A stretch of 64,000 bases of DNA from assembly GCA_016931155.1 (NCBI GenBank), contig JAFGFJ010000006.1, positions 314,896 through 378,895 on the forward strand. The letters are read 5' to 3'. Of the stretch, positions 1 through 9,731 are shown in pieces. The stretch's first letter is position 1. The number at the start of each line of letters is the position of its first letter. The position numbers were made by a program, and so were the translations under genes. The notes under the pieces were generated by a model. That model ran no database searches. It saw only the letters and a list, made by a program, of their open reading frames with translations, and had not been told where the DNA came from. The stretch is from Candidatus Dojkabacteria bacterium. GTDB lineage: Bacteria > Patescibacteriota > Dojkabacteria > B142 > JAFGFJ01.

Positions 1-9
1 TAAGAAGAT

Positions 10-34
10 GTGAGCTTTGTGCTCACTTTTTTTT
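10..34 (+). terminator. Rho-independent terminator-like hairpin (GTGAGC-tttgt-GCTCAC + T8) upstream of nusA
   Basis: Perfect 6-bp stem, 5-nt loop, followed by 8 consecutive T; seen directly in sequence. Confidence 0.5.
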
Positions 35-87
35 GAAGGGTAGATTTGCATAATAGCAGGGTGTTTAATATTTTTTATAAAAATACA

Positions 88-1431
88 ATGGCAGTACAAT
101 CAGATTTTTTGGTGGCAATCAATCAGATTGCGGCAGAAAGAGGAATAGATGCGAATGAAGTACTTGAAGCAGTAAAGGCTGCTATACTTACCGCTTTCAG
201 GAGAGAGTATCCTATAGAAGAGGAGAATACAGATATTGAAGAGGAAAAAGAGAGTACAGAGGAAGGTCAATTGCTTAAGGTGGATATTAGTTCTGATACG
301 GGGCTTTTCCATGTTTATGCTGACAAAAAAGTAGTAATTGAGGTTGCCAATCCCGCAACACAGATAGGTCTCGAAGATGCACAGAAAATTGAGCCTAAAC
401 TGAAAGAGGGTGATCATATTGAAGTAGACATTACTCCAAAAGGAGACTTTGGAAGGGTGGCTGCTCAGGTTGCAAAGCAGGTAATTCTTCAGAACTTGAG
501 GGAGTTTGAGAAAGAAGCGGTTATGGAGGAATTTAAAGATAAGATGGGGCAACTTGATACAGGCATCATTCAGAGAATGGATGGTGATACTGTTGTTGTC
601 GAAATAAGAAGAGCAAGTGCAGTAATGGAGGCGGAAGACAGAATCCCAGGTGAATTTTACAGAAGTGGAGACAGATTAAAATTTCTTCTGAAAAAAATAA
701 AAAGAACTACTAAAGGGAAAATCCTTACTGTATCAAGATCAGATCCGGATTTTTTGAGAGCTCTTTTTGAACTTGAAGTACCAGAGTTGGTATCAGAAAG
801 TGTTGAAATAAAAGCAATTGCGAGAGAGGCAGGGTCAAGGTCAAAAGTAGCTGTCAGTTCAAATGTTGAAGGAGTTGATCCTATTGGATCGTTCGTCGGA
901 CAAAAAGGTGTGAGGATAAATGCTGTTATGAACGAATTAAAAGTCGGCAGTAACGAAGAGAAAATAGATATAATACTATGGGATCAGGATATTAAGCAGT
1001 TTATTTCAAATGCGTTTAGCCCTGCACAAGTTGTGAGTGTGAAGATTAATGATGAGAAGGCGAAATATGCGGAAGTAGTTGTTCCTGATGATCAGCTTTC
1101 ACTTGCTATAGGAAGGGAAGGGCAAAATGTTAGACTTGCTGCAAAGCTCACAGGTTGGAGACTGGATATTCAGGGCGAGACTATTAAAGTGAATCCGGAA
1201 AACGCTGGTTCTGAAGACGGGGATGCTGGAAATATTTCTGAAGTAAAAAAGAAAACTTCAGCTGTTACAAAGAAAAAGGATGAAGCTAAGGAAAAGAAGA
1301 TAAAAGAAAAGAACGGGAAAAAAGCTATAAAAAAGAAAACAAGTAGTACAAGTAAAAAAAGAAAGGCAGTTATAACGAGTCAAAAGAATAAAACGGGTAA
1401 AACAAAAAAAACAGTTAAGGCTAAGAAGTAA
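88..1431 (+). CDS. nusA: Transcription termination/antitermination factor NusA with Lys-rich C-terminal tail
   Basis: Translation MAVQSDFLVAINQIAAERGIDANEVLEAVKAAILTAFRREY... matches NusA N-terminal/S1/KH architecture. The ORF track start at 46 is a TTG lying inside the terminator region, so ATG at 88 is preferred. Confidence 0.85.
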   Translation: MAVQSDFLVAINQIAAERGIDANEVLEAVKAAILTAFRREYPIEEENTDIEEEKESTEEGQLLKVDISSDTGLFHVYADKKVVIEVANPATQIGLEDAQKIEPKLKEGDHIEVDITPKGDFGRVAAQVAKQVILQNLREFEKEAVMEEFKDKMGQLDTGIIQRMDGDTVVVEIRRASAVMEAEDRIPGEFYRSGDRLKFLLKKIKRTTKGKILTVSRSDPDFLRALFELEVPELVSESVEIKAIAREAGSRSKVAVSSNVEGVDPIGSFVGQKGVRINAVMNELKVGSNEEKIDIILWDQDIKQFISNAFSPAQVVSVKINDEKAKYAEVVVPDDQLSLAIGREGQNVRLAAKLTGWRLDIQGETIKVNPENAGSEDGDAGNISEVKKKTSAVTKKKDEAKEKKIKEKNGKKAIKKKTSSTSKKRKAVITSQKNKTGKTKKTVKAKK

Positions 1432-1442
1432 AAGGAGAAAAA

Positions 1443-1820
1443 ATGCTGATGCTGAAAGAATTATCTCCAAAAAAACATATTCCTATGCGTACTTGTATTG
1501 CAACTGGTATAAAGAAACCAAAAAACGATCTTATCCGTCTGGTCAAACTATCTAATGGACAAGTTGTAATTGATTTATTGGGAAAGGAGAGAGGTAGAGG
1601 GGCAAATTTAGATCTAAATACTGAAGCATTTGATTTGGCTGTTAAGAAAAATGTAATAAGTAAGGCTCTAAAACTTGAAAGAAATTTAACTGAAACGGAA
1701 ATTGAATATTTGAGAAAAGAATTTATTTCTGCTCTTGAGTTGAAAAAATTTCGTCAGGGTAAAAGGTCAGTTACGATCAGGGTGGATAAAGGAACTCTTG
1801 CCAGGAAACTGGCTGAATAG
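1443..1820 (+). CDS. ylxR: YlxR/DUF448 family RNA-binding protein (nusA-operon associated)
   Basis: KKHIPMRTCIATGIKKPKNDLIRLV motif typical of YlxR; conserved position after nusA. Confidence 0.75.
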   Translation: MLMLKELSPKKHIPMRTCIATGIKKPKNDLIRLVKLSNGQVVIDLLGKERGRGANLDLNTEAFDLAVKKNVISKALKLERNLTETEIEYLRKEFISALELKKFRQGKRSVTIRVDKGTLARKLAE

Positions 1821-1839
1821 CGAGTTATTTTTGTTTTGT

Positions 1840-2931
1840 CTATTCTGTGTTGTTTTCTATGTTTGTAAGTTGACCACAAGCAGCCTCAACGTCCTCTCCC
1901 ATTGTTACTCTAATTGTGGCAGGAATACCTGCTTCAGTAAGTATCTTTGCAAAACTATGTATTCTATTTCTACTACTTCGGCGAAAACTCCTGAAAGAAT
2001 ATTTATCTGGCAGAAAGCGAGAACAATTAGTCTGTTTATTTACAGTTTTTATATCATGATAAATGGTAATGGGATTGTAAGGGATGAGGTTTATGTGGGC
2101 AAGTCTTTGCCCTTTCAAAAGTGCAACTAGTTCCTGAGCGTGTTCTCCCCTGTCGTTTACATCGTGTATCATGATGTATTCGTAGCTTATTCTTTTGTTT
2201 CGAAGATCCATGTACCAGGTTGTTGCTTTTATGAGCTTATCAATAGGAAAAAGCCTGGCAATGGGCATAATTTTTTCTCTGAGCTTCTGATTTGGAGCGT
2301 GCAGTGAAATGGCAAACCTTCCTTTGAAACCATCTTTGACCAGTTTCTTGAATTGAGGAATATATCCACAGGTTGAAATTATTATTCTTCTTTTACTAAG
2401 TCCAAGTTTTGCAGGATCTGTAATAATGTCCAGTGACTTTTGAACTTCAGACAGATTAAGTAGTGGCTCGCCCATTCCCATAAAGACAACATTAGTAACC
2501 TTTTGAGGTTTTTTACAACTGAGGAGAAAACGATTGAAATATAATATCTGATCGATAATTTCCTGTGCTGAAAGATTTCCACCGAAGCCCATTTTCCCGG
2601 TTGCACAAAATATACAGCCTACGGGGCATCCAACCATACAGCTTACACAGACGGTATTCCTTTTGTCTTTATGTCTTATGAGTACTGTTTCAATTTTCTT
2701 TTTATCGCTTCTTTCAAATAAGAGCTTTATTGTTTTCGAATTTTTGGATTCAAGTTTTTTTATCTCCCTTAATGTCGAAAAGGTTATTTCTTGAGATAAT
2801 TTATTTTTTATGTCTTTTGGAAGAGTAGTGATTTCCTCAAAACTTCTGATAGGTTTCTGATAAAAGGCTTCCTCAATTTGCTTGAGTCGAAACCCGGGAA
2901 GATTATATTTATTTATGAATTTTCGAAACAT
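1840..2931 (-). CDS. rlmN: 23S rRNA (adenine2503-C2)-methyltransferase RlmN (radical SAM)
   Basis: CxxxCxxC radical-SAM cluster CPVGCIFCATG and RlmN/Cfr-like conserved blocks (GMGEPLLN, second Cys ...ISTCG). Confidence 0.85.
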   Translation of the reverse strand: MFRKFINKYNLPGFRLKQIEEAFYQKPIRSFEEITTLPKDIKNKLSQEITFSTLREIKKLESKNSKTIKLLFERSDKKKIETVLIRHKDKRNTVCVSCMVGCPVGCIFCATGKMGFGGNLSAQEIIDQILYFNRFLLSCKKPQKVTNVVFMGMGEPLLNLSEVQKSLDIITDPAKLGLSKRRIIISTCGYIPQFKKLVKDGFKGRFAISLHAPNQKLREKIMPIARLFPIDKLIKATTWYMDLRNKRISYEYIMIHDVNDRGEHAQELVALLKGQRLAHINLIPYNPITIYHDIKTVNKQTNCSRFLPDKYSFRSFRRSSRNRIHSFAKILTEAGIPATIRVTMGEDVEAACGQLTNIENNTE

Positions 2932-3154
2932 AAAGGGATTATACCCTACATTATAAAGTGCAGACAGGGTAGGAGCTGATTTATGGATTTTTTTGGGACA
3001 GAAGATGAAGGTTATTTATTTGCTTCACACTTTATTGAAAATTTCCTACCACTCTGTTACTATTACCCAGCTTTTTTGAAGTAGGATGTACAATAACCTG
3101 TGAAGAGGGTTGTTGTTTTTTTGATCAAAAATTTAAATTATATTTATAAATTTA

Positions 3155-5302
3155 ATGGCAGGTACAGATTACACATCGGTAAAAGATAAAAATCTTTACA
3201 GGAATATTGGAATTATTGCTCATATTGATGCTGGGAAAACTACTACCACTGAGCGTATTCTCTTTTTTACGGGAAAGAAGCACAAACTTGGAGAAGTTCA
3301 CGAAGGAGCTGCGGAAATGGACTTTATGGACCAGGAAAAGGAAAGAGGAATAACTATCCAGTCTGCTGCTACTACTGCTTTCTGGGAAGTTGATAATACC
3401 AGATATAGGGTAAATATTATTGATACTCCCGGGCATGTTGATTTTACAGCTGAAGTTGAGAGGTCATTGAGGGTACTTGATGGAGCGGTTGTTGTATTCG
3501 ATGGGAAGGAGGGGGTTGAACCGCAGTCAAGTAAAGTGTGGCTTCAGGCGGAAAAATATTTTGTACCAAGGCTTTGCTATATAAATAAACTTGACGCAAC
3601 TGGTGGCGATTTTTTCAAAAGCCTGGAAAGTATTCAAAATGAACTCAACAAAAATGCATTTGCGGTTCAGATTCCTGTAGGTACTGAGTCAAACTTTAAT
3701 GGGATTATAGATCTTGTTGATATGAAGGCTCATATGTATAAGGATGAGCTTGGGAAAGAGATAGAAGTATCCGATATTCCGGATGATCTTAAGATAAAGG
3801 CTGAGGAATATAGAGAAAAAATGATTGAGAAAATTGCTGATGCGGATGATGTCATTGCTGAAAAGTATCTTGGCGGGGAGGAAATATCCCGTGAAGAAAT
3901 TGTTGCGGGTATTAGAAAAGGAACTGTCTCTGGTGTGATTTTTCCGGTTTTGGCAGGATCTTCGTACAAAAATAGAGGTATTCAGCTTATGCTTGATTGT
4001 GTTTGCAGGTATCTGCCGTCTCCCCTTGAAAAGATTCAGGTAATAAAAAACGAAGAGACTGGAGAGCAGACAAAATATATTGGAGAGGTAGTTGGGAAAA
4101 ATCCAAAGACTGATGCTGATGAACACAGGAAGGCATCAAATGATGAACCTTTTTCCGGACTTGTTTTTAAAATTGCAATGGATACTCATGTGGGCTCGCT
4201 GGCCTTTATAAGAGTATATTCAGGTAAGCTTCAGGCTGGAACGTATGTGTACAATTCATCTGTCGATAAGAAAGAAAGAGTGGCTAGAATTCTTTTGATG
4301 CATGCAAATCATAGAGAGGAAGCACCTGAGATAAGTGCTGGAGATATTGCGGCTCTTGTAGGGATTAAAGAATCCTATACTGGAAATACAATTTGTGATG
4401 AAAATAATCCTGTTGTTCTCGAGAGTATCAAGTTCTCTGATCCTGTTGTCTCGCTTGCGATTGAGCCAAAAACAAAATCAGATCAGGAGAAAATGGGTAC
4501 AGCTCTTAATAAGCTTTCGCAGGAGGATCCTACTTTTAAAATTTCGACAAATGAAGAAACGGGGCAGACAATTATTTCTGGGATGGGAGAACTACATCTG
4601 GAAGTAAAAGTGGATATTATGAGAAGGGACTACAATGTGGATGTTAATACAGGTAAACCGCAAGTAGCTTACAGAGAGACCGTAGAAGGAGAAATTGAAC
4701 ATAGAGAGCTTCTCAAAAAGCAGACAGGAGGTGCGGGACAATTTGCCGATCTCACTATCATTCTTTCTCCGAATGAGCGAGGGAAGGGGTATGAATTTAT
4801 TGATAAAATCAAGGGTGGAGCGATTCCAAGAGAATTTATTCCTTCAGTTGATAAAGGAATTCAACAGGCACTTTCTACAGGGGTAATCGGAGGATTTCCG
4901 GTAGTGGATGTGAAAGTTGAGCTGGTTGATGGATCCTACCACGAGGTTGACTCAAATACCGATACATTCAAAATTGCAGCGAACAGAGGTTTCAAGGAAG
5001 CAATGAAGAAGGCTTCTCCTATTCTACTTGAACCAATTATGAAGCTTGTAGTGAATACTCCGGATGAATTTGCAGGAGACATAACAGGAGCGGTTGCTTC
5101 AAAGAGAGGACAGATTAAGAAAATGGAATCAAAAGGTAATTACCAGGAAATCGAAGCAGAGGTTCCTCTTGGTAATATGTTTGGCTGGACGGGGGACATG
5201 AGGTCTATGACTAAAGGAAAAGCGAATAGTGTGATGGAATTTTCGCATTACCAGAAAGTACCTGAAAATCTTGTGGATCAACTACTCGGAAAGAGCGAGT
5301 AG
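3155..5302 (+). CDS. fusA: Elongation factor G
   Basis: GIIAHIDAGKTTTTERILFFTG... G-domain and full-length EF-G domains II-V. Confidence 0.95.
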   Translation: MAGTDYTSVKDKNLYRNIGIIAHIDAGKTTTTERILFFTGKKHKLGEVHEGAAEMDFMDQEKERGITIQSAATTAFWEVDNTRYRVNIIDTPGHVDFTAEVERSLRVLDGAVVVFDGKEGVEPQSSKVWLQAEKYFVPRLCYINKLDATGGDFFKSLESIQNELNKNAFAVQIPVGTESNFNGIIDLVDMKAHMYKDELGKEIEVSDIPDDLKIKAEEYREKMIEKIADADDVIAEKYLGGEEISREEIVAGIRKGTVSGVIFPVLAGSSYKNRGIQLMLDCVCRYLPSPLEKIQVIKNEETGEQTKYIGEVVGKNPKTDADEHRKASNDEPFSGLVFKIAMDTHVGSLAFIRVYSGKLQAGTYVYNSSVDKKERVARILLMHANHREEAPEISAGDIAALVGIKESYTGNTICDENNPVVLESIKFSDPVVSLAIEPKTKSDQEKMGTALNKLSQEDPTFKISTNEETGQTIISGMGELHLEVKVDIMRRDYNVDVNTGKPQVAYRETVEGEIEHRELLKKQTGGAGQFADLTIILSPNERGKGYEFIDKIKGGAIPREFIPSVDKGIQQALSTGVIGGFPVVDVKVELVDGSYHEVDSNTDTFKIAANRGFKEAMKKASPILLEPIMKLVVNTPDEFAGDITGAVASKRGQIKKMESKGNYQEIEAEVPLGNMFGWTGDMRSMTKGKANSVMEFSHYQKVPENLVDQLLGKSE

Positions 5303-5716
5303 ACAAATTCCGGTAGGAGTTCCATTTGTCCATTATCAACTCCAAAGTTTCTCTTTATGGCTAAGTAACTTTATTGTCTGAGAGATTTCTATGGATAAAT
5401 GATCGCATTCATGATCTATCTTTATGGCAGCTAATTCCAATTGAAGCATTGATAAATACTTTTTTTATTACCGATTTCTTTTCTTACAAAATCTACCAGC
5501 GGTCAATGAAAGGGCTAATTGAATAATTGTTTTTACTGAAAAATTCAAATCCCATATCAAGCATGCTGGTGCAATACAAAGCAGTATTAATTCTTTGACT
5601 TATAAAGTCAAAGATATGATTTTACAGTATGGAGTGAAGAATAAGGAGAAATACTGGTCTGAAAATTTCTCGTAATAACTTGATTATTAGTCCAGGATTT
5701 GATATAAATTTGGATC

Positions 5717-5747
5717 GAGAACACAAATTCCTCGCGTGTTCTTTTTT
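5717..5747 (+). terminator. Intrinsic terminator-like hairpin (GAGAACAC...GTGTTCT + T6) in the fusA-tuf spacer
   Basis: 7-8 bp stem, 11-nt loop, T6 tract; located ~415 nt after the fusA stop and ~110 nt before the tuf ATG. Confidence 0.45.
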
Positions 5748-5765
5748 AACTGCCTTTGACAGCAC

Positions 5766-5794
5766 TTGCGGGTGGTTGACCCAACTAATATAAT
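5766..5794 (+). promoter_or_regulatory. Candidate sigma70-like promoter for tuf (TTGCGG-17nt-TATAAT)
   Basis: Perfect -10 TATAAT at 5789-5794 with a weak -35 at 17-nt spacing, placed just after the spacer terminator. Confidence 0.3.
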
Positions 5795-5857
5795 GAGGAG
5801 TTTTTGATTTAAGAGTATTTAACTCCAAACGTATTATTATTTTTAAAATTACAAAAA

Positions 5858-7039
5858 ATGGCAGACACAAAGTTTGATAGAACAAAGCCACATGTCAATA
5901 TCGGTACTCTAGGTCATGTTGACCATGGAAAGACTACTTTACTTCGAGGTGTTCTTGAAGTATTCGGTGGAGAAAGAAAAGAAGAGTTCAAGGAGAAACT
6001 TGATAAATCTCCTGAGTCAAGAGCAAAGAGCGTTACTATTTCCGTTGCTCATGTTGAAGCTGAGACAGATAGCAGGCATTATGCAATTGTTGACTGTCCT
6101 GGACACAGAGATTACATCAAAAACATGATTACAGGTGCGGCTCAAATGGATGGTGCAATTATTGTTGTTTCAGCAAGTGATGGTCCAATGCCTCAGACAA
6201 AAGAGCATGTCCTTCTTGCCAAGCAAGTAGGAGTGAAGAACTTTGTCGTATTTATAAATATTTTTGACGACTCAATGGATACTGAGCTTGTAGATCTCGT
6301 TGAAGAAGAGGTAAGGGATCTTTTAACTAAGTATGACTTTGATGGAAAAGGAGTAACAGTTGTGAGAGGTTCTGCTCTGAAGGCAGAAAAAGGAGAAGCG
6401 GAAGGAATTGAAGCAATAAAGAAACTGATGGAAGCTGTGGATAAGGATATTCCAATGCCTGAGAGGCCTGTTGATCAACCACTTCTTATGTTTATTGAAG
6501 ATGTTTTCTCGATTTCAGGGAGAGGTACCGTTGCTACGGGAAGGATTGATAGGGGAAAGATTAAGGTGAACGATGTAGTTGAGCTTGTTGGACTTTCAGA
6601 GAAACCAGTTGATGTTACTGTTACTGGAGTTGAAATGTTTAATAAACAACTCGATGAGGGTATGGCAGGAGACAATGTTGGTATTTTAATGAGAGGGCTT
6701 AAGAGAGAGGACGTTGAGAGAGGACAGGTACTTGCAGCAAAGGGTTCTATTAAACCTCATACTGAATTTGAAGCTCAGGTTTATATTCTAAAGAAAGAAG
6801 AAGGTGGAAGAACTACTGCATTCTTTTCAGGATACAAGCCACAGTTTTATATGAGAACTACTGATGTGACTGGAGATGTAACATTGAAGGAAGGAACGGA
6901 AATGGTTATGCCTGGGGATGATGCTGAAATCTCTATCAAGCTTATCACACCAGTGGCGGTTGAAGAGGGAATGAGATTTGCAATTAGAGAGGGAGGAAGG
7001 ACAGTAGGAGAAGGAATTATTACTAAGGTTATTAAGTAA
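5858..7039 (+). CDS. tuf: Elongation factor Tu
   Basis: [28 protein letters not shown]... canonical EF-Tu. Confidence 0.95.
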   Translation: MADTKFDRTKPHVNIGTLGHVDHGKTTLLRGVLEVFGGERKEEFKEKLDKSPESRAKSVTISVAHVEAETDSRHYAIVDCPGHRDYIKNMITGAAQMDGAIIVVSASDGPMPQTKEHVLLAKQVGVKNFVVFINIFDDSMDTELVDLVEEEVRDLLTKYDFDGKGVTVVRGSALKAEKGEAEGIEAIKKLMEAVDKDIPMPERPVDQPLLMFIEDVFSISGRGTVATGRIDRGKIKVNDVVELVGLSEKPVDVTVTGVEMFNKQLDEGMAGDNVGILMRGLKREDVERGQVLAAKGSIKPHTEFEAQVYILKKEEGGRTTAFFSGYKPQFYMRTTDVTGDVTLKEGTEMVMPGDDAEISIKLITPVAVEEGMRFAIREGGRTVGEGIITKVIK

Positions 7040-7046
7040 GAAACTG

Positions 7047-7081
7047 AAGTTGAGCTGGAAAAAACCAGCTCAACTTTTTTA
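7047..7081 (+). terminator. Terminator/attenuator hairpin between tuf and rpsJ (GTTGAGCTGG-aaaaaa-CCAGCTCAAC + T6)
   Basis: Perfect 10-bp stem plus T-tract, starting 8 nt after the tuf stop and ending 20 nt before the S10 ATG. Confidence 0.6.
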
Positions 7082-7100
7082 TGTTGCTCTTTTTAAATTA

Positions 7101-7400
7101 ATGCAAAGGATAAGAATAAAAATAAAAGGATATGATTATCGTGTAGTTGATAAGGCTGCTCAGCAGATTATTGAAACTGCTGTTAGAACTGGGGCAAAGA
7201 CAGCTGGTCCAATTCCTTTGCCTACGAAGTTGAGGAGATGGGCTGTTCTGCGTTCTCCTCATGTTGATTCCAAATCGAAAGAGCACTTTGAGATGAGGAT
7301 TCACAAGAGGCTTGTGGATATAATTGAGCCAACAGGCCAGACGATTGATTCTTTAACGCATTTGCAACTTGCGGCGGGGGTTGGTATTGAAATAAAGTAA
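7101..7400 (+). CDS. rpsJ: 30S ribosomal protein S10
   Basis: [27 protein letters not shown]... aligns with E. coli S10 from Met1. The ORF-track start at 7050 lies inside the terminator hairpin. Confidence 0.9.
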   Translation: MQRIRIKIKGYDYRVVDKAAQQIIETAVRTGAKTAGPIPLPTKLRRWAVLRSPHVDSKSKEHFEMRIHKRLVDIIEPTGQTIDSLTHLQLAAGVGIEIK

Positions 7401-7479
7401 CAAACTTTTTGAACTGACCTTGGTTAATACTGTTCTTTTCAGGATAAGTTACCAGGACTCTGAAACTTCAGGGATCTTG

Positions 7480-7504
7480 GGCTTCTCAAAAAGAAGCCTT
7501 TTTT
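7480..7504 (+). terminator. Second terminator-like hairpin (GGCTTCT-caaaa-AGAAGCC + T6) between rpsJ and rplC
   Basis: 7-bp perfect stem, 5-nt loop, T6; ends 8 nt before the rplC ATG. Possible attenuator. Confidence 0.5.
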
Positions 7505-7512
7505 AATAGAAA

Positions 7513-8082
7513 ATGAAAAAAACTTTAATTACAGAAAAAAAAGAGATGACGAGCCTATTCGATGGAGATGGGAAGTTTGTATCTGTTACTGTACTTGAGG
7601 TAGGGGATAATGTTGTTTTTGGGACAAGAATTGAAGAAAAGGATGGTTATAGTGCTTTTATTATTAAAGATGAGAAATCTGGATTGGTAAAAGAGGTGAG
7701 AGTGGAAAGTGATGAGGAAGTAAAGGATATGAAGGTGGGGGATAAATTGGAGATAGACTTTAGTGAGGGAGATACGGTTTCTGCAACGGGAGTAACAAAA
7801 GGAAAAGGTTTTCAAGGAGTAGTCAAAAGATGGGGATTTAAGGGTGGACCAAAAACTCATGGACAATCAGATAGACAAAGACATCCTGGCTCTATTGGAG
7901 GTGGGACTACGCCGGGAAGAGTTTATAAAGGGAAGAAAATGGCGGGAAGGATGGGTGCAGTTACAAGAACGATCAGAGGATTGAGGATTATAAAAATAGA
8001 TAAGGAGAACAATTTAATAGCGGTAAAAGGTGCGATACCTGGAGGTAAAGGCGGATTGGTTTTGCTTAAGTCGACCAAATAA
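7513..8082 (+). CDS. rplC: 50S ribosomal protein L3
   Basis: Homology by eye to L3 (KGKGFQGVVKRWGF...HGQSDRQRHPGSIG). Confidence 0.92.
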   Translation: MKKTLITEKKEMTSLFDGDGKFVSVTVLEVGDNVVFGTRIEEKDGYSAFIIKDEKSGLVKEVRVESDEEVKDMKVGDKLEIDFSEGDTVSATGVTKGKGFQGVVKRWGFKGGPKTHGQSDRQRHPGSIGGGTTPGRVYKGKKMAGRMGAVTRTIRGLRIIKIDKENNLIAVKGAIPGGKGGLVLLKSTK

Positions 8083-8084
8083 CA

Positions 8085-8609
8085 ATGAAAGCTTTGAAAT
8101 TAGTGCCCTATTTGGTACTTGTTTCTCTCATATCAGTAGGAGTGTACTTACTGATAGGAATAACAAATCAGGAGAAATTGCAAAGTTATTCTGACTTTAT
8201 TGAAACAAGTAGTGGCAAAGTACTTGAAGGGATAAACAAACAGAGTGAACAGATAAACAGAATTGGAAATATTTCGGATATTGAAGAAGGAGTAATAACG
8301 GATAATGAGGATATTTCAAGTAAGTTTAAGACTTTACTTGAAGCAGAAAAAAAAGCCTGGCAGGAATTAAAAAAGCCTGAAGGGTCTAAGGAAACTCAGA
8401 AACAAATGGAAGAGTTTTTTAAGGGTGCAGAAGAAAGCAATAAGCAGTTTGATGAGGCAATGATGGAAATAAAAATACTGAAAAAAGAAGATGAGCTTCT
8501 AAGTACAATTAAGGGCTACAATGAGAAAGTAACAAAATTTGCAGAAACATACGAAGAGCTTATTGAAAACTTAAATAATTATATTGATGAAAGTAACTTT
8601 ATACGATAA
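8085..8609 (+). CDS. Hypothetical membrane-anchored coiled-coil protein inserted between rplC and rplD
   Basis: 174-aa ORF starting 3 nt after the L3 stop and overlapping the L4 start by 26 nt. It has an N-terminal TM helix followed by a K/E-rich, coiled-coil-like region; no family recognised. Confidence 0.55.
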   Translation: MKALKLVPYLVLVSLISVGVYLLIGITNQEKLQSYSDFIETSSGKVLEGINKQSEQINRIGNISDIEEGVITDNEDISSKFKTLLEAEKKAWQELKKPEGSKETQKQMEEFFKGAEESNKQFDEAMMEIKILKKEDELLSTIKGYNEKVTKFAETYEELIENLNNYIDESNFIR

Positions 8610-9402
8610 AACAGGAAAAAAGACTGAGAAAAAGATTGAGCTTGACTCTGCGATTTTTGGGGCAAAGGTTAATAAAAAACTATTAAGCCAGGCTGTCTAT
8701 ATATATCTTTCAAATCAAAGGACAGCCAATCCCCAGACTAAAGACAGGGGTGAAGTTAGTGGTGGAGGAAGAAAGCCATGGAAGCAGAAAGGGACGGGAA
8801 GAGCCAGACACGGTTCAACAAGAAGTCCGATCTGGAGAGGAGGAGGAGTTACTTTTGGTCCCACAAATCAAAAGAATTATAAAAAGACTATGCTTAAGAA
8901 AATGAAAAGAGCGGCAATTAGGTCAGCTTTTAGTTATCAGACTGAAGAGAAAAAAGTGTTGGTAATGGAAAAACCCGATTTCAAAGAAGGAGCACTTACA
9001 AAACAAGTCTTGAAAATTTTAAATAATTTGAGAATTGATAAGAAAGTGTTGTTTGTTCAGGGAGATATTGACCAAAACTTTGTTAAAGCAGTGAGTAATC
9101 TCAAAACTGTTTTGGTAAAACCGGTAAACGAACTTAACACTTATTCAGTATTAAATACACAATGGCTGATTTTTACAGATGAAAGTTTGGGAAAGGTTAG
9201 CGAGTTTTGGGGAGCAGAAAAAGGAAAAACTTTAAATACAGAGAAAGGGGAAGAGAAGAAGCTCAGCTCTGTTCAAAGAGATTTAGTAAAAAAGGAAACA
9301 AAAAGAGTCAAGGATGAGAGTGAGAAAAAGCCTTTGAAAAAGGTTGCAAAAAAATCGACTATAAAGAAAGTTAAAATAATAAAATCAAAAACAAAGAAAT
9401 AA
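8584..9402 (+). CDS. rplD: 50S ribosomal protein L4 with Lys-rich C-terminal extension
   Basis: GGGRKPWKQKGTGRARHGS motif; ~65-aa basic tail. Confidence 0.92.
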   Translation: MMKVTLYDKTGKKTEKKIELDSAIFGAKVNKKLLSQAVYIYLSNQRTANPQTKDRGEVSGGGRKPWKQKGTGRARHGSTRSPIWRGGGVTFGPTNQKNYKKTMLKKMKRAAIRSAFSYQTEEKKVLVMEKPDFKEGALTKQVLKILNNLRIDKKVLFVQGDIDQNFVKAVSNLKTVLVKPVNELNTYSVLNTQWLIFTDESLGKVSEFWGAEKGKTLNTEKGEEKKLSSVQRDLVKKETKRVKDESEKKPLKKVAKKSTIKKVKIIKSKTKK

Positions 9403-9704
9403 TGAATAAGGTCGAGGCAAGCAAAATTATAATAAGACCAGTCGTTACGGAGAAGACGCTGGATCTTGTCGAAAAAGAAAATCAATATACTTTTGTTATT
9501 GGTAAAAGATTCAACAAGATTGAAGTTCAAAAAGCGGTTGCTCTCCTATTTAATGTGAAGGTATTAGGGGTAAGAATACTGAATGTTCTTGGAAAGAAAA
9601 CAAGATTTGGGAAAAGCAGGATTGAGGGAAAGAGACAGGGAATGAAGAAAGCTATAGTCACCTTGAAAGTAGGTGATAAGATCAGTGCATTTGAAATTAA
9701 ATAA
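9402..9704 (+). CDS. rplW: 50S ribosomal protein L23
   Basis: IIIRPVVTEKTLDLVEKENQYTFVI... L23 family. Confidence 0.9.
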   Translation: MNKVEASKIIIRPVVTEKTLDLVEKENQYTFVIGKRFNKIEVQKAVALLFNVKVLGVRILNVLGKKTRFGKSRIEGKRQGMKKAIVTLKVGDKISAFEIK

Positions 9705-9731
9705 TATAATTAGACATTTGATGTTTTTATT

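Noticed and set aside
3000-3154. Leaderless fusA transcript from a TATAAA box ~10 nt upstream of the ATG
   Set aside because: Hexamer quality and spacing are ambiguous in this AT-rich context; not reportable without transcript data.
5622-5891. 89-aa minus-strand ORF in the fusA-tuf spacer
   Set aside because: Overlaps the tuf start, has no homology and low-complexity composition; the spacer is otherwise stop-codon dense.
7050-7100. ORF-track start of rpsJ at 7050 ([10 protein letters not shown]...)
   Set aside because: These codons are the terminator hairpin itself, and the S10 alignment begins at MQRIRIK (7101).
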